Shown here: piece after piece, positions 51,114 through 61,090 of the stretch
How positions within the stretch are numbered: position 1 is the first letter of the stretch
Layout: each line of letters opens with the position of its first letter
IMG/VR virus record: IMGVR_UViG_3300028797_000105
DNA length: 64,000 nt
Reading direction: 5' to 3' (one strand)
Source of the DNA: an uncultured virus (IMG/VR IMGVR_UViG_3300028797_000105)
Lineage: Duplodnaviria; Heunggongvirae; Uroviricota; Caudoviricetes
Notes under the pieces: generated by a model
The model's database searches: none
Seen by the model: only the letters and a program-made list of their open reading frames with translations
What the model was told of the DNA's origin: nothing
Position numbers and translations under genes: made by a program

Positions 51114-52428
51114 TGGAATTATCCCATTTAGTTTGTAGGAAAGCAATTGGTATAAATAGAGTATAGAATTTCAATCAAGTGGAAAGAGTTTACACATACA
51201 AGTTTAGGTTGTATCCGAACAGAGAGCAGCGGGATTACCTTGCCAATGTGTTCGGCTGTTGCAGGCTTGTGTACAACCATTTCCTTAACGAAAAGAAAAA
51301 CCAATACAATGAATCCAAGACAAGTGATTCATACAATGTCCAACAATTTAAACTGACCAAACTCCGCAAGACTGAAGGATTCGAGTTTTTGAATGCCGTT
51401 CCTTTGCAATCCTTGCAATGCAGTTTGAGGAATATGCACACTGCGTATGACAATTTCTACAAGCGCAGAAGCTCCTATCCAAAGTTCAAGAACAGAAGGA
51501 ACAAGCAGTCGTTCAAGATTGCACAGCCTAACACATTCCATATCAAGGATGGTAAACTATATATTCCGAAACTAAAAAACGGTATAGACATTGTGGTTTC
51601 CAAAGAAATCACTGGAAAGATTTGCTTTGCCACAATATCAAAAAACAAGGCTGGCAGATATTATATAGTCATAACAGTCAAGCAGGACTACACACCAAGC
51701 AACAAAACCTATGAACGTGTGGGTCTTGACCTCGGAATAAAGGAGTTGATTATCACAAGCAAGGGGTTCAAATACGCAAGCAAACGAAGCATAATCAGAT
51801 ATTACAAAAGAAAACTGAAAAAATACCAGAGATGTCTGGAAAGGAAGGTCTATGGAAGCAAGAGATACGAAAACCAAGTGTTGAAATGCAACCGAATCTA
51901 TCAAAAAATCACAGACATCAAAACTGACTATATACACAAGATAACCACAGAATTGGTCAGACAATTTGACTTGATAAAAGTTGAGGATTTGAACGTCAAA
52001 GGAATGATGAAGAATCATAAATTGGCAGAGTCTATCTCCGAATGTAACTGGAATCAATTCGTTCAGACACTTGAATACAAGTGTGTTTGGAACGGAAAGA
52101 CTATGATGAAAGTAGACAGATACTATCCGTCAAGCCAGATGTGTTCTGAATGCGGTTACATAAACAAGAAAGTCAAAAATCTGGCAGTAAGATATTGGAC
52201 TTGCCCGAACTGCGGTGCTCATCACGACAGAGACATCAATGCAGCGAAGAACAACGAACAATATGAACCAGACGAATGGCAGAGATATATCTCGGCAAGG
52301 GATGCCGAGTACGGTCGTGGAGCTGTAAACCAACCGTTTGCAAAACCCAAGAAAACTGGTGAGCACTCGGACAGCAATGAAGCGACTATTGAACTTGAAG
52401 TTTAACAAAATTAAAAGGGATAATTTCG
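51114..52428 (+). mobile_element. TIR-bounded TnpB-only element, copy 3
   Basis: GGAATTATCCCATTTAGTTTGTAGGA ... AACAAAATTAAAAGGGATAATTTCG imperfect inverted repeats. Confidence 0.8.
51179..52405 (+). CDS. tnpB: RNA-guided endonuclease TnpB (GTG start)
   Basis: Same motifs as copies 1 and 2; D-E-D intact. Confidence 0.95.
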   Translation: MERVYTYKFRLYPNREQRDYLANVFGCCRLVYNHFLNEKKNQYNESKTSDSYNVQQFKLTKLRKTEGFEFLNAVPLQSLQCSLRNMHTAYDNFYKRRSSYPKFKNRRNKQSFKIAQPNTFHIKDGKLYIPKLKNGIDIVVSKEITGKICFATISKNKAGRYYIVITVKQDYTPSNKTYERVGLDLGIKELIITSKGFKYASKRSIIRYYKRKLKKYQRCLERKVYGSKRYENQVLKCNRIYQKITDIKTDYIHKITTELVRQFDLIKVEDLNVKGMMKNHKLAESISECNWNQFVQTLEYKCVWNGKTMMKVDRYYPSSQMCSECGYINKKVKNLAVRYWTCPNCGAHHDRDINAAKNNEQYEPDEWQRYISARDAEYGRGAVNQPFAKPKKTGEHSDSNEATIELEV

Positions 52429-52434
52429 ATTAAT

Positions 52435-52779
52435 ATGGATACATTATTTTTAATTTCAAGAATCAGCAAGGACAATTTCCTTGAGAACGGGTTTGGCGTA
52501 AACGAGTTGAACGGTGCGCTGACCTTTGACGGACATTCGGCGCAGGCTGTTTGGGAATCAGATAAAGACGGCGAATACTTGTATGCCATTGCATTTGAAC
52601 CAAATGTTCTGAAAGCCGTATATGAAGTTTTTGACCCGACAATGTTTGATGACAATGGGTTTAAGAAATGGTGTTGTGCTATGACCGATGAAGATTCGGA
52701 AGCAATCGCACTTGATGAAAACCTGCGTGTCAAGGACAGCGTTTATGGTGATGTTAAATTTGAAGATGTTGAAGAATAA
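52435..52779 (+). CDS. Hypothetical acidic protein
   Basis: 114-aa ORF. Confidence 0.6.
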   Translation: MDTLFLISRISKDNFLENGFGVNELNGALTFDGHSAQAVWESDKDGEYLYAIAFEPNVLKAVYEVFDPTMFDDNGFKKWCCAMTDEDSEAIALDENLRVKDSVYGDVKFEDVEE

Positions 52780-52780
52780 T

Positions 52781-53437
52781 ATGGAAAAGAAACTTGTTTT
52801 GAACAGATGGGCTACGCCAGACGGAACTGTGCTGACATCTTACAGCACGCACGATTACGTCCAGCATACGGACAAAAATGGTGACACATATTTCATTGAC
52901 GGGGGTTCTGATTATATCAGAATGTCTGTGAATGATGTTCCTATGACAAATATGTGCGTGTATGACGATGCTCCGTTTTCGGTCATACGCAAGTCTGTGT
53001 ATAGGGGGACGTTTGATGACGAATCAAGGCGTGTGTGGATTCCGTTGTGTAATATGAGCAACCCGCACCTTGAAAACTGCATAACTTATTATGTGCGTTC
53101 ATTTAGTGACAATGGCTGTGCAAACAGATATGTCGCTTTTTACATACTTGAACTTTTGTATCGTTGGCGTTCTGGAGTATATGTTGCTGAAAAGCATTAT
53201 ACAAAGGATGATAATGTTGCAAATGCAAATGAATTGAATGTTACAAAAACCATCACAGACGATTTGAATACTGGTATGCTTGAAACCATTGACGATTTTT
53301 CAGATAGCATATCTGATGGCGTGCATAGTGACGATGAATCTGTTGTAAAAATGTTGCAGCATATTCTCAATATCTGGAAAGAAAATGACATTGAACTTAA
53401 ACAAAAAATAGAAAATTATGAAGCAGGGATTAATTAG
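52781..53437 (+). CDS. Hypothetical phage protein
   Basis: S..HDYV....YFIDGG.DY.R motif. Confidence 0.65.
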   Translation: MEKKLVLNRWATPDGTVLTSYSTHDYVQHTDKNGDTYFIDGGSDYIRMSVNDVPMTNMCVYDDAPFSVIRKSVYRGTFDDESRRVWIPLCNMSNPHLENCITYYVRSFSDNGCANRYVAFYILELLYRWRSGVYVAEKHYTKDDNVANANELNVTKTITDDLNTGMLETIDDFSDSISDGVHSDDESVVKMLQHILNIWKENDIELKQKIENYEAGIN

Positions 53438-53651
53438 GGCAGAAGGTGTTGTCACCAATGATTTGAGCAACGGAAAATATAAGGTTGCGCTTGACAATGG
53501 CCACGAGGTTGTTGCGTATCTTGGTGGTAAAATCAGAAACAACAACATCCGTATTCTTGTTGGCGATGAAGTGACTGTTGAGATGAGTATGTATGATTTG
53601 TCAAACGGTCGTATTGTTTACAGAAAGAAAGTCGTGGTAGATGAGAATTAA
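53418..53651 (+). CDS. infA: Translation initiation factor IF-1
   Basis: [41 protein letters not shown]. Confidence 0.92.
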   Translation: MKQGLIRAEGVVTNDLSNGKYKVALDNGHEVVAYLGGKIRNNNIRILVGDEVTVEMSMYDLSNGRIVYRKKVVVDEN

Positions 53652-55287
53652 CAGTATTCGCTGGCGGAATTTTACAAGTTGGGGCAACTCTTGGAACGAG
53701 ATGCGTTTTGACGGGAAGTCCAATCTAACGCTTATATGCGGTGAAAATGGCGCAGGCAAATCGTCCATAGCCAATTTCATTATATATATGCTGTACGGGC
53801 AACTTGACGATTTCACGCAGTCTGACATACCCAATCGTGTGAACAAGCATTTTGAAGGTGAAATATATCTTGAAAGTGACGGCAAGGATGTTTTCATACG
53901 CAGGGGGCTTTCTCCGAATTTGTTTGAGGTTTTTATAGATGGCGTTAAACTGGATACGGCTGGAAAGAACAATGTGCAGAAGTACCTTGAAGATGAGGTA
54001 TTGAAGATGCAATATCAGATTTTCAAAAATTCAATCATTTTGTCTGTAAATGTGTTCAAGTCGTTTGCCAAACTTACGCCATCGGAAAAGCGTGAGATTA
54101 TTGACAGAATTTTCGGATATACTGTTATAAACAATGCGGCGGCGGTTGTAAAAGAAAAACTTAAAATCGTAAAGAATGCTATTTCTGATGCGAACAGCGA
54201 GATTGATGGATATGATTCGTCAATAGGTTCGTTGAATGAAAGAATTGAAATGCTTGAAAACGAAAGTGCCGATACGACTGACTATGAAAACGAACTTGCC
54301 GATACAAACAGATTGCTTACTGAAAAGGCGGTTGATTATAAGTCAAATTGTGCATTGCTTGAAAAACACAATTCAGAGTTGGGTGTGTGCAATGAAAAAT
54401 TGCAGAAGCATACGAACACAATAAGTGCCATACGAAGAAAGATTGATTTGTATAAACTTGGAAAATGCCCGACTTGCGGTGCTGACCTTTCCGATGATAC
54501 GCACGTTAATGAGTTGGACTCCCTTGAAGGTGAGTTGAGAACATTATTGGCTAATGAATCTAAATTATCAAAATTGAAAAACGCACTTGACAAGAAATGT
54601 TACGATGAAGAGCGATTGAAACGCCAACACATTTCTGAAATAACTGAATTGAAGGTTAGACGGGGTTCGCTTGAAACGCAGATAAAGGCCGACAAAAGCA
54701 AGAATGAGGAAGTTGCGGCAGATATGCGGAAACTGATTTCCGACATAGAAGAAAAGAAAAGGCCAAGGCTTGAAGAATTGAAGAAATTGAACGGGAAGAA
54801 ACAACTGCTTGACATCATATTGAATATTTTTTCTGAAAAGGGCTTGAAACAATACATTTCTGATATGTATGTCCCGTTTATAAACAGCAGCATAATTGAA
54901 ATCTGTGAACGTGTCGGTATAAATTATCGTATTGTGTTTGATAATAATTATGATTGCACGATTTTTCATCTTGGCGAAGTTGTTAAATACAAAACACTTT
55001 CAACTGGTGAACGTAAAAAGGTTGATATTGCGATAACGCTTGCCTTTATGCACATCATAAAGACAAAGATTTCGGATATAAATGTTCTTTTCTTGGATGA
55101 AGTTCTGTCTGGAATTGATGTGTCAAGCTGTAATGAACTGCTCAAAGTGTTCAGCGGTTTTTCAAGGGACAACAATTTGAATATGTATATCGTGCATCAC
55201 GCAGTTCTGGATTCAACTTATGTTGATAAGACTATTGAGATTGAAAAAAGTAACGGGTTCTCGCATTTCATATATGAAGTTGTTTAG
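53641..55287 (+). CDS. SbcC/Rad50-like recombination ATPase (gp46-like)
   Basis: [12 protein letters not shown] zinc hook, LSTGE signature, LFLDE and H-loop. Confidence 0.9.
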   Translation: MRINSIRWRNFTSWGNSWNEMRFDGKSNLTLICGENGAGKSSIANFIIYMLYGQLDDFTQSDIPNRVNKHFEGEIYLESDGKDVFIRRGLSPNLFEVFIDGVKLDTAGKNNVQKYLEDEVLKMQYQIFKNSIILSVNVFKSFAKLTPSEKREIIDRIFGYTVINNAAAVVKEKLKIVKNAISDANSEIDGYDSSIGSLNERIEMLENESADTTDYENELADTNRLLTEKAVDYKSNCALLEKHNSELGVCNEKLQKHTNTISAIRRKIDLYKLGKCPTCGADLSDDTHVNELDSLEGELRTLLANESKLSKLKNALDKKCYDEERLKRQHISEITELKVRRGSLETQIKADKSKNEEVAADMRKLISDIEEKKRPRLEELKKLNGKKQLLDIILNIFSEKGLKQYISDMYVPFINSSIIEICERVGINYRIVFDNNYDCTIFHLGEVVKYKTLSTGERKKVDIAITLAFMHIIKTKISDINVLFLDEVLSGIDVSSCNELLKVFSGFSRDNNLNMYIVHHAVLDSTYVDKTIEIEKSNGFSHFIYEVV

Positions 55288-55476
55288 CGAGTTTGACCGC
55301 CCCTGCACCCCCAGCAACAAAAACAAGTTTGATGCATCTAATTGGGGTGCTACGGGGAATGCGGGCGTTGCTCGGTCTTTTTCTTCTTCACCTTGCGGAT
55401 TAGAGAAAATGGAAAATAGAAAGACAGAATCTTAACTAATACCAAAAAATTATTTTATTTATAAGTGTGATTTGAT

Positions 55477-56025
55477 ATGATTAAACCGAGGAATTTTTCA
55501 AACGATATGAAGTTGGGCAATGTTGGCGAGAACTCATTGCGTGAAATGTTGATGAAGAAGCGTTCAAACGGGGAAATACAATTTTTCACAGATGAAACAA
55601 CAAATCCAGCAAGCCAACGTGACGATATTGATTTCCGTGTTGTTTTGAATGACGGAAGGAAAGTGGCCTATGAGTGCAAAACAGATAGGTATGGTAAGGA
55701 GTCAAGGAATATATCATATGAACTCACATCAAATTTTTTTGCTGGTTGCCTTGCTCGCAGTAATGCGGACTTTGTGTATTATGTTTTTGTGGATGAGGAT
55801 GATAAGATTGCTGAAATATATCTGATAGAATTGCAAAAATGGAGAAAATGGATGGGGCAGTACGCCGCATTTATCGTTCATTTTCAAAGTGATGAAAAAA
55901 GCCCGTTCAAACTGTTTTGGTCAAAAGACATAGGCGTTCTGCAATTTTTGTGCAACATTGACGTTATGGTTGAAGATGAGGTTGCGGAAAAGCTGTTTGA
56001 TATAAATATGACAAAAAAAGATTGA
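55477..56025 (+). CDS. PD-(D/E)XK nuclease-like protein
   Basis: G..GE, DIDF, YECKTD and NISYE motifs. Confidence 0.65.
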   Translation: MIKPRNFSNDMKLGNVGENSLREMLMKKRSNGEIQFFTDETTNPASQRDDIDFRVVLNDGRKVAYECKTDRYGKESRNISYELTSNFFAGCLARSNADFVYYVFVDEDDKIAEIYLIELQKWRKWMGQYAAFIVHFQSDEKSPFKLFWSKDIGVLQFLCNIDVMVEDEVAEKLFDINMTKKD

Positions 56026-56270
56026 TTATGGTCTTGTTTGAGGATAGAAATACTGGAAACGCCAATATAAAAAGCATAGTCAAGGTTTACACATACAATA
56101 TGGTTCTTCGTTTTGAGTTCAAGAATTGTGTTGTGCAATGCGATTCGGAGCATAACCGATATGTCATAACAAGCATAGTTACTGAAGATACTTTTGGTGC
56201 GTTCCCTATGACCGAAACGGCATATATATTGCGAACACAAGAAACCAGCCAATACATAACACAAATTTGA
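56022..56270 (+). CDS. Small hypothetical protein
   Basis: 82-aa ORF fills the gap between genes. Confidence 0.4.
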   Translation: MIMVLFEDRNTGNANIKSIVKVYTYNMVLRFEFKNCVVQCDSEHNRYVITSIVTEDTFGAFPMTETAYILRTQETSQYITQI

Positions 56271-56304
56271 TGCCGTTATATCGGCATTATAATGCCATAA
56301 TCGT

Positions 56305-57855
56305 ATGACAAAGGATAAATCAACTGCGTTGATAAACAAGAACAGACGGCGTATTGCGTTAAACGAGATAAGTACGGATGTTGCCATTGACAAGGATTCC
56401 AAACGTGAGAAAAAGAAGGCGTTGTCTGGTGAAAATCTGATTGATTTCGGAAAACGGCACAGCATATATATACAGATTTCAACTGGTCTTACGCATAACG
56501 AGCGAGAGGTGTTTGTCGCTGATGTTGATGTGTGTGAATCTGTTTCGTATAAGGATGTGTTGAGAAATATAGAGGATATTTGTTGCATAACAAAATTTCC
56601 GTTACCGAGTTGTTTGCAAAGGCATACGACAAATGACCATATGCAGTTGTATTGGTTTTTTGACAGACGTGTGGTTGTTAAGAAGTTTTTATACAACAAC
56701 AAGCATATTGACGATACAAGGTGTGAATATAACCATAGCAGGTATCTTTATGGGCTTCATACGATAGCTGCCCTTATGTGTGGTGACAGACAATTTACTG
56801 GATGGCAGATGAAGAATGTTTTTTATGACAATCCCAATTCTGTTGGTGAGTTTGAATCCATTTGGAATACAGACGATGGTTGGAGTGATATAGAACCTAA
56901 ACGCATAAAGACATATAGTTTTGAGCGTATGTGTGATGTTCTGCAAAATATGTTTAAGAATTACAGCATAAAGGATTTTACAAGACTTTATGAATTGTCA
57001 AACATTTGCGGAAAATACAAGGACGTTTATGAGTTTATAGCGGAGTTAGACCCAGATAAGACAAAGTATAAATTGTCAAAGCGTGATACGAAGAAACTTG
57101 AAACGGCATATGATAAAAAAAGGAACGGCTGTCATTATAACGGAAGGAATGATTGCGTGAGACAAAGCACTTTGTTGTATATAAGATTGTGCGGAAAGTA
57201 CGCTGATTATGATGAGGGGCTTGATTTTGTGAAAGAACAGCTTGCGGAGTTTATGAAAACTTATCATAATGACAATCCATACACAGATAGCGAATTGCTG
57301 CGGGATTACCAGTCCACATATATTTGGGCGGTGAAAACCTATGATGAGTCAAAGGCCAAAAAGATGTACACGGAACAGCAATGCAAAAATTCTGTGGAAC
57401 ATAGGACATACAAAAAAATGTTCAGTGAAATTCGTATGTTGAATTTTATTGAAACAAATCCGAAATACATAAGGAATACGCTATCAACAAATAAGGTCAT
57501 TGCTGAACTGCTTGGCGTGACGGCTGCGCAAGTTTCCAATTACAAGAAAGAGCTTGGAATAACAAAAACGACCATTGTTTTGAAGCGGAAGAATAAGAAA
57601 CCCATAATTGACAAGTTCGTGGATTATTTTTCATACGTTGATAGTCTTGGAAGGACATATTACAATATGTGTATGGATGGATGTTTCAAGTCATCAAAAA
57701 CAAAGCGGTATAAATACAAAAATGAGGACGATTGGCTTAAACGAATCCGAAGCGTTTATGATAAGGATGAGATTGCGGCCTTTTTGAAAAACAACAAAGT
57801 ACCGAATGTCAACAACGGAGAAAACATACAAACCGAATGGGAGAGACACATATGA
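56305..57855 (+). CDS. AEP primase-PriCT-HTH Rep-like protein
   Basis: FVADVD (DxD), HMQLYW, GRND (PriCT-like) and IAELLGVTAAQVSNY HTH. Confidence 0.6.
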   Translation: MTKDKSTALINKNRRRIALNEISTDVAIDKDSKREKKKALSGENLIDFGKRHSIYIQISTGLTHNEREVFVADVDVCESVSYKDVLRNIEDICCITKFPLPSCLQRHTTNDHMQLYWFFDRRVVVKKFLYNNKHIDDTRCEYNHSRYLYGLHTIAALMCGDRQFTGWQMKNVFYDNPNSVGEFESIWNTDDGWSDIEPKRIKTYSFERMCDVLQNMFKNYSIKDFTRLYELSNICGKYKDVYEFIAELDPDKTKYKLSKRDTKKLETAYDKKRNGCHYNGRNDCVRQSTLLYIRLCGKYADYDEGLDFVKEQLAEFMKTYHNDNPYTDSELLRDYQSTYIWAVKTYDESKAKKMYTEQQCKNSVEHRTYKKMFSEIRMLNFIETNPKYIRNTLSTNKVIAELLGVTAAQVSNYKKELGITKTTIVLKRKNKKPIIDKFVDYFSYVDSLGRTYYNMCMDGCFKSSKTKRYKYKNEDDWLKRIRSVYDKDEIAAFLKNNKVPNVNNGENIQTEWERHI

Positions 57856-59464
57856 TACAAGTGTTTCCAAATTTCTTATTGGTGGTAAATATTCTGGAGC
57901 ATTAAGAGGTTATAACAAGATAGTCAATGGTATGGATGACCCAAGCCATTTGGCTTTTGTGTTTGGAATAGTTCCAGAGTTTAGTGGTTTGTTTGGCCAA
58001 GAATACTTGGATAAGTCGGTTAGAGTTGTGAGCGATTTTGAAAATGACCGCCATTATGGGGCGTTAGATTATTTTAAAAAGTCTATAAGCGAAAATTTTT
58101 CAACATATAATGATGACGGCAGCATTAATAATAAGTTTAAGCAGTATGATGGTATAGATTTGAGTATTATTGGAAATAATGAAACAGAAAGTGAAGCATC
58201 TGATATAGATGAGGGTGTGGAAGAATTGCCAAAAGAAGTTGTACAATATAACACAGACAAATATAACGCTTATCTGTCGGCACGCCGTACATTTCCAACT
58301 GAATATGAAAATATGATGGCATTCGTAAATGGCTTTATGGAAATATGTAAAGCAAAACAATACATATTTCAAACAGTTGAAGGTTTGCAGGATGCATATA
58401 AAAAGTTTTATAATAACAAAAAGGATTCGTTTCTTGGCGGCTCTGACAATAAAATAAAGATAACGTGCCTTGAATCTATGGATTTGCGTATGACGGCATT
58501 GTTTGACGCATATTATAAGGCTGTGTTCAATCATAATTACAGAAGAATGAACATTCCGCACAATCTTATTAGATTTAATTGCTATATAATGCTTCACGAT
58601 TTGAGGAATATTGTTCCGCAAACAAATAATGCCAATGATATGATGAGATTGGCGGTTACTGATGAGGTTGTGAAAAATATGTCAACGGTTGTTTTTGTTT
58701 TTAAGAATTGTACTATTGATATTGAGGAATGTGGACAATCGTTTTCTTCAACATCAAATGTTGAAGTTAATGAAACCAAGTTTGATTTTACATTTACTTA
58801 TGGTGATGTTGATATTGTTGTAAATTCTCTTGCGGATTTCCTTGCTTCCGCTAAAAAAGATGATTCTTCATATAGAGCAAGATATGATACACTTGATATA
58901 ATGAAAATACAAGGCGATGGAAAACAATTGACAAGTGGGGATTATCAGAAATCACAAAGTTTGGATGATGCGAATCGTTCAGCATACGGAAAAAGTCTTG
59001 AATATGACCAAAGTGAAATGTTCGGTAATGTATATGAAGATGATTTTACATTGAATATTGGTAATATGTTGAAAAAGGTTGGCTCGATGACATTCAATTA
59101 TCTGACAAACGGTACGCAGATGGGTAATGTTTATGATGAGAGTTGGGCTGGCATTGTAGCAAATCTTGTTTCGTCAATATCAAATGGTGGATTATATTCA
59201 ATAGCAAGTCAGTATATCTCAAAGGGTAAAACTATTGTTATGGAAAAACTTGACAATTATGCACGTGAGCGTTTTGGAAATAATGGTGGCGGTGAAACAA
59301 ATGTTCTTACAAATACTGATTTAAATCCAGATAATGCTAATCGTGGTGCAAGACCGAGTGGGTATGGTGGAACAAGAAGCGTGAGTAATGGAACGCTTGG
59401 TAATTTGGATATGAATCCGAGGAACGCACCGAGCGGTCCAACCAAGTTGCTCGGACAAATTTAA
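57806..59464 (+). CDS. Putative baseplate/tail-associated structural protein
   Basis: 552-aa ORF with tube-like I.I.CLES.D.R...LFD.Y and VFVFKNC segments (weak). Confidence 0.5.
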   Translation: MSTTEKTYKPNGRDTYDTSVSKFLIGGKYSGALRGYNKIVNGMDDPSHLAFVFGIVPEFSGLFGQEYLDKSVRVVSDFENDRHYGALDYFKKSISENFSTYNDDGSINNKFKQYDGIDLSIIGNNETESEASDIDEGVEELPKEVVQYNTDKYNAYLSARRTFPTEYENMMAFVNGFMEICKAKQYIFQTVEGLQDAYKKFYNNKKDSFLGGSDNKIKITCLESMDLRMTALFDAYYKAVFNHNYRRMNIPHNLIRFNCYIMLHDLRNIVPQTNNANDMMRLAVTDEVVKNMSTVVFVFKNCTIDIEECGQSFSSTSNVEVNETKFDFTFTYGDVDIVVNSLADFLASAKKDDSSYRARYDTLDIMKIQGDGKQLTSGDYQKSQSLDDANRSAYGKSLEYDQSEMFGNVYEDDFTLNIGNMLKKVGSMTFNYLTNGTQMGNVYDESWAGIVANLVSSISNGGLYSIASQYISKGKTIVMEKLDNYARERFGNNGGGETNVLTNTDLNPDNANRGARPSGYGGTRSVSNGTLGNLDMNPRNAPSGPTKLLGQI

Positions 59465-59475
59465 TTTTCTGAATT

Positions 59476-61077
59476 ATGGCACTAACTACACCGTTTAGAC
59501 CAGCGATAAAGGTCATACTTATAACAAAATATATCGACAGCCTCGGACTGAAACTGCCGAAGATTCCAGTTTTGCCGAATTTTGAAGCACCGCCTATGCC
59601 AGACACGCAGTCGCTTGTTGAGGAAATGTACAAGTTGAAAGAAAAAGCTGGAAGTACGGATAAGTCTGAATTATACACAAAGGAATATGCGGATGCTCTT
59701 AAAAAATACAACGAACTTGTTACTAATGCCCGCAATGAGTATGAACCAAAAATAGAGCAGTTGAAAAAGGAAATTGGCGAGGCTCGTGTAAAGAAATCTG
59801 ATGGCGGTTCAAAAGAGGATATTTCAAACAAGGTTAAGGAAAAAAATGACCTTGAGGATGAATATCGTCAAAAATTGAAAGATGCCAAAAAGGATTCTGG
59901 CATAGAGGACGTTAAGCAGAAATTCAAAAAGATTGAGGCAAAGAAAAAGGACAAAGCAAGCAAAGATGCTGAAGATACAACGGAAGCCAAGAAAGCGAAA
60001 GCCAAATCGGTTATGATGGAAGCACAGAAAATCGGGCTTGTAAAACAATACACAGATTATGTGAAAAAGGAAACTGACAAACTAAAAAAGTTTGTTACCG
60101 ATTCAATGAAACTTTTTACCGATACAACAAAGATGGTAATGGATGCTTGGACGGCTGTTAAAGATTATTTTACAACGGGAAAAGGTGATGAGTGGGTTGC
60201 CCAAGAATGTGATAAAATAGACCGCATTTTTGATAATTTTACGGAAGCGTTCAAGGAGCTTGCTACTGATATGGCCACTCTTGTTGCAAAAATACCGAAT
60301 CCAGATGTCATAGTTACTGGTGCTGCCGCAGGCATACCCAACCCAGGTTACAAAGTTACCGTTTTTATGGAAGATTTCAAAAAGGTAATGAGTGACATTA
60401 TGAAAATCATTAATTATATAAAGGAAATTATAGCAATAGCAACTGCTATGGGCTTTTCCATAATGGAACTCATTTCAGCATTTAAGAAATTGGTTGATGC
60501 TTTTGAAAAACAGAAAGGCAATGCTGATAAACAGTTCAAGAATGCAGTCAAAAGTTTGCGTAGAAGGCAGAAATGGTATCTTGAACACATAAATCCAAAA
60601 ACAGAGGGCGAAACCAAATTGGCTGGATATATGTATGCTGATTTAGATGTTGATTATGTTAACTATGAAGTGACAGTTAAAGGCTATAAGTGCTATTGTC
60701 GAAGGGGTTATGGACGTACTTATATGGAAGACGGCGAGTTGAAGAAAAGTTATTGGATTGGTGGCTATGAGAAGAATGGAGGTCCGTACACGGATAGTTC
60801 TGGCAAACACTATTATTATCTGAAAGAGAATGAAATTGTTGAGGATTCTGGTTATGATGATGACGAACTTGTTGCCGATATGATGAAGGATGCGGCTGAC
60901 AATGATTATGACTGGGGTACTGAATATGATATTGATTCTGGAACTGATTACGATATGGACAGCGGAACAACAACATTGCATCTTGCAGATGGCCGAACTA
61001 TTGTGATAGATTATCTTGCCAATGTTGGCGATACGATAAGACTTAATGACGGAACTATTATTACAGTTACGAAATAA
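59476..61077 (+). CDS. Hypothetical helical protein
   Basis: 533-aa ORF with a K/E-rich coiled coil. Confidence 0.65.
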   Translation: MALTTPFRPAIKVILITKYIDSLGLKLPKIPVLPNFEAPPMPDTQSLVEEMYKLKEKAGSTDKSELYTKEYADALKKYNELVTNARNEYEPKIEQLKKEIGEARVKKSDGGSKEDISNKVKEKNDLEDEYRQKLKDAKKDSGIEDVKQKFKKIEAKKKDKASKDAEDTTEAKKAKAKSVMMEAQKIGLVKQYTDYVKKETDKLKKFVTDSMKLFTDTTKMVMDAWTAVKDYFTTGKGDEWVAQECDKIDRIFDNFTEAFKELATDMATLVAKIPNPDVIVTGAAAGIPNPGYKVTVFMEDFKKVMSDIMKIINYIKEIIAIATAMGFSIMELISAFKKLVDAFEKQKGNADKQFKNAVKSLRRRQKWYLEHINPKTEGETKLAGYMYADLDVDYVNYEVTVKGYKCYCRRGYGRTYMEDGELKKSYWIGGYEKNGGPYTDSSGKHYYYLKENEIVEDSGYDDDELVADMMKDAADNDYDWGTEYDIDSGTDYDMDSGTTTLHLADGRTIVIDYLANVGDTIRLNDGTIITVTK

Positions 61078-61090
61078 CGGAATATAAATA

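Noticed and set aside
10713..52405. TnpB copies as nuclease-dead regulators (TldR-like)
   Set aside because: All three RuvC acidic residues are present in every copy.
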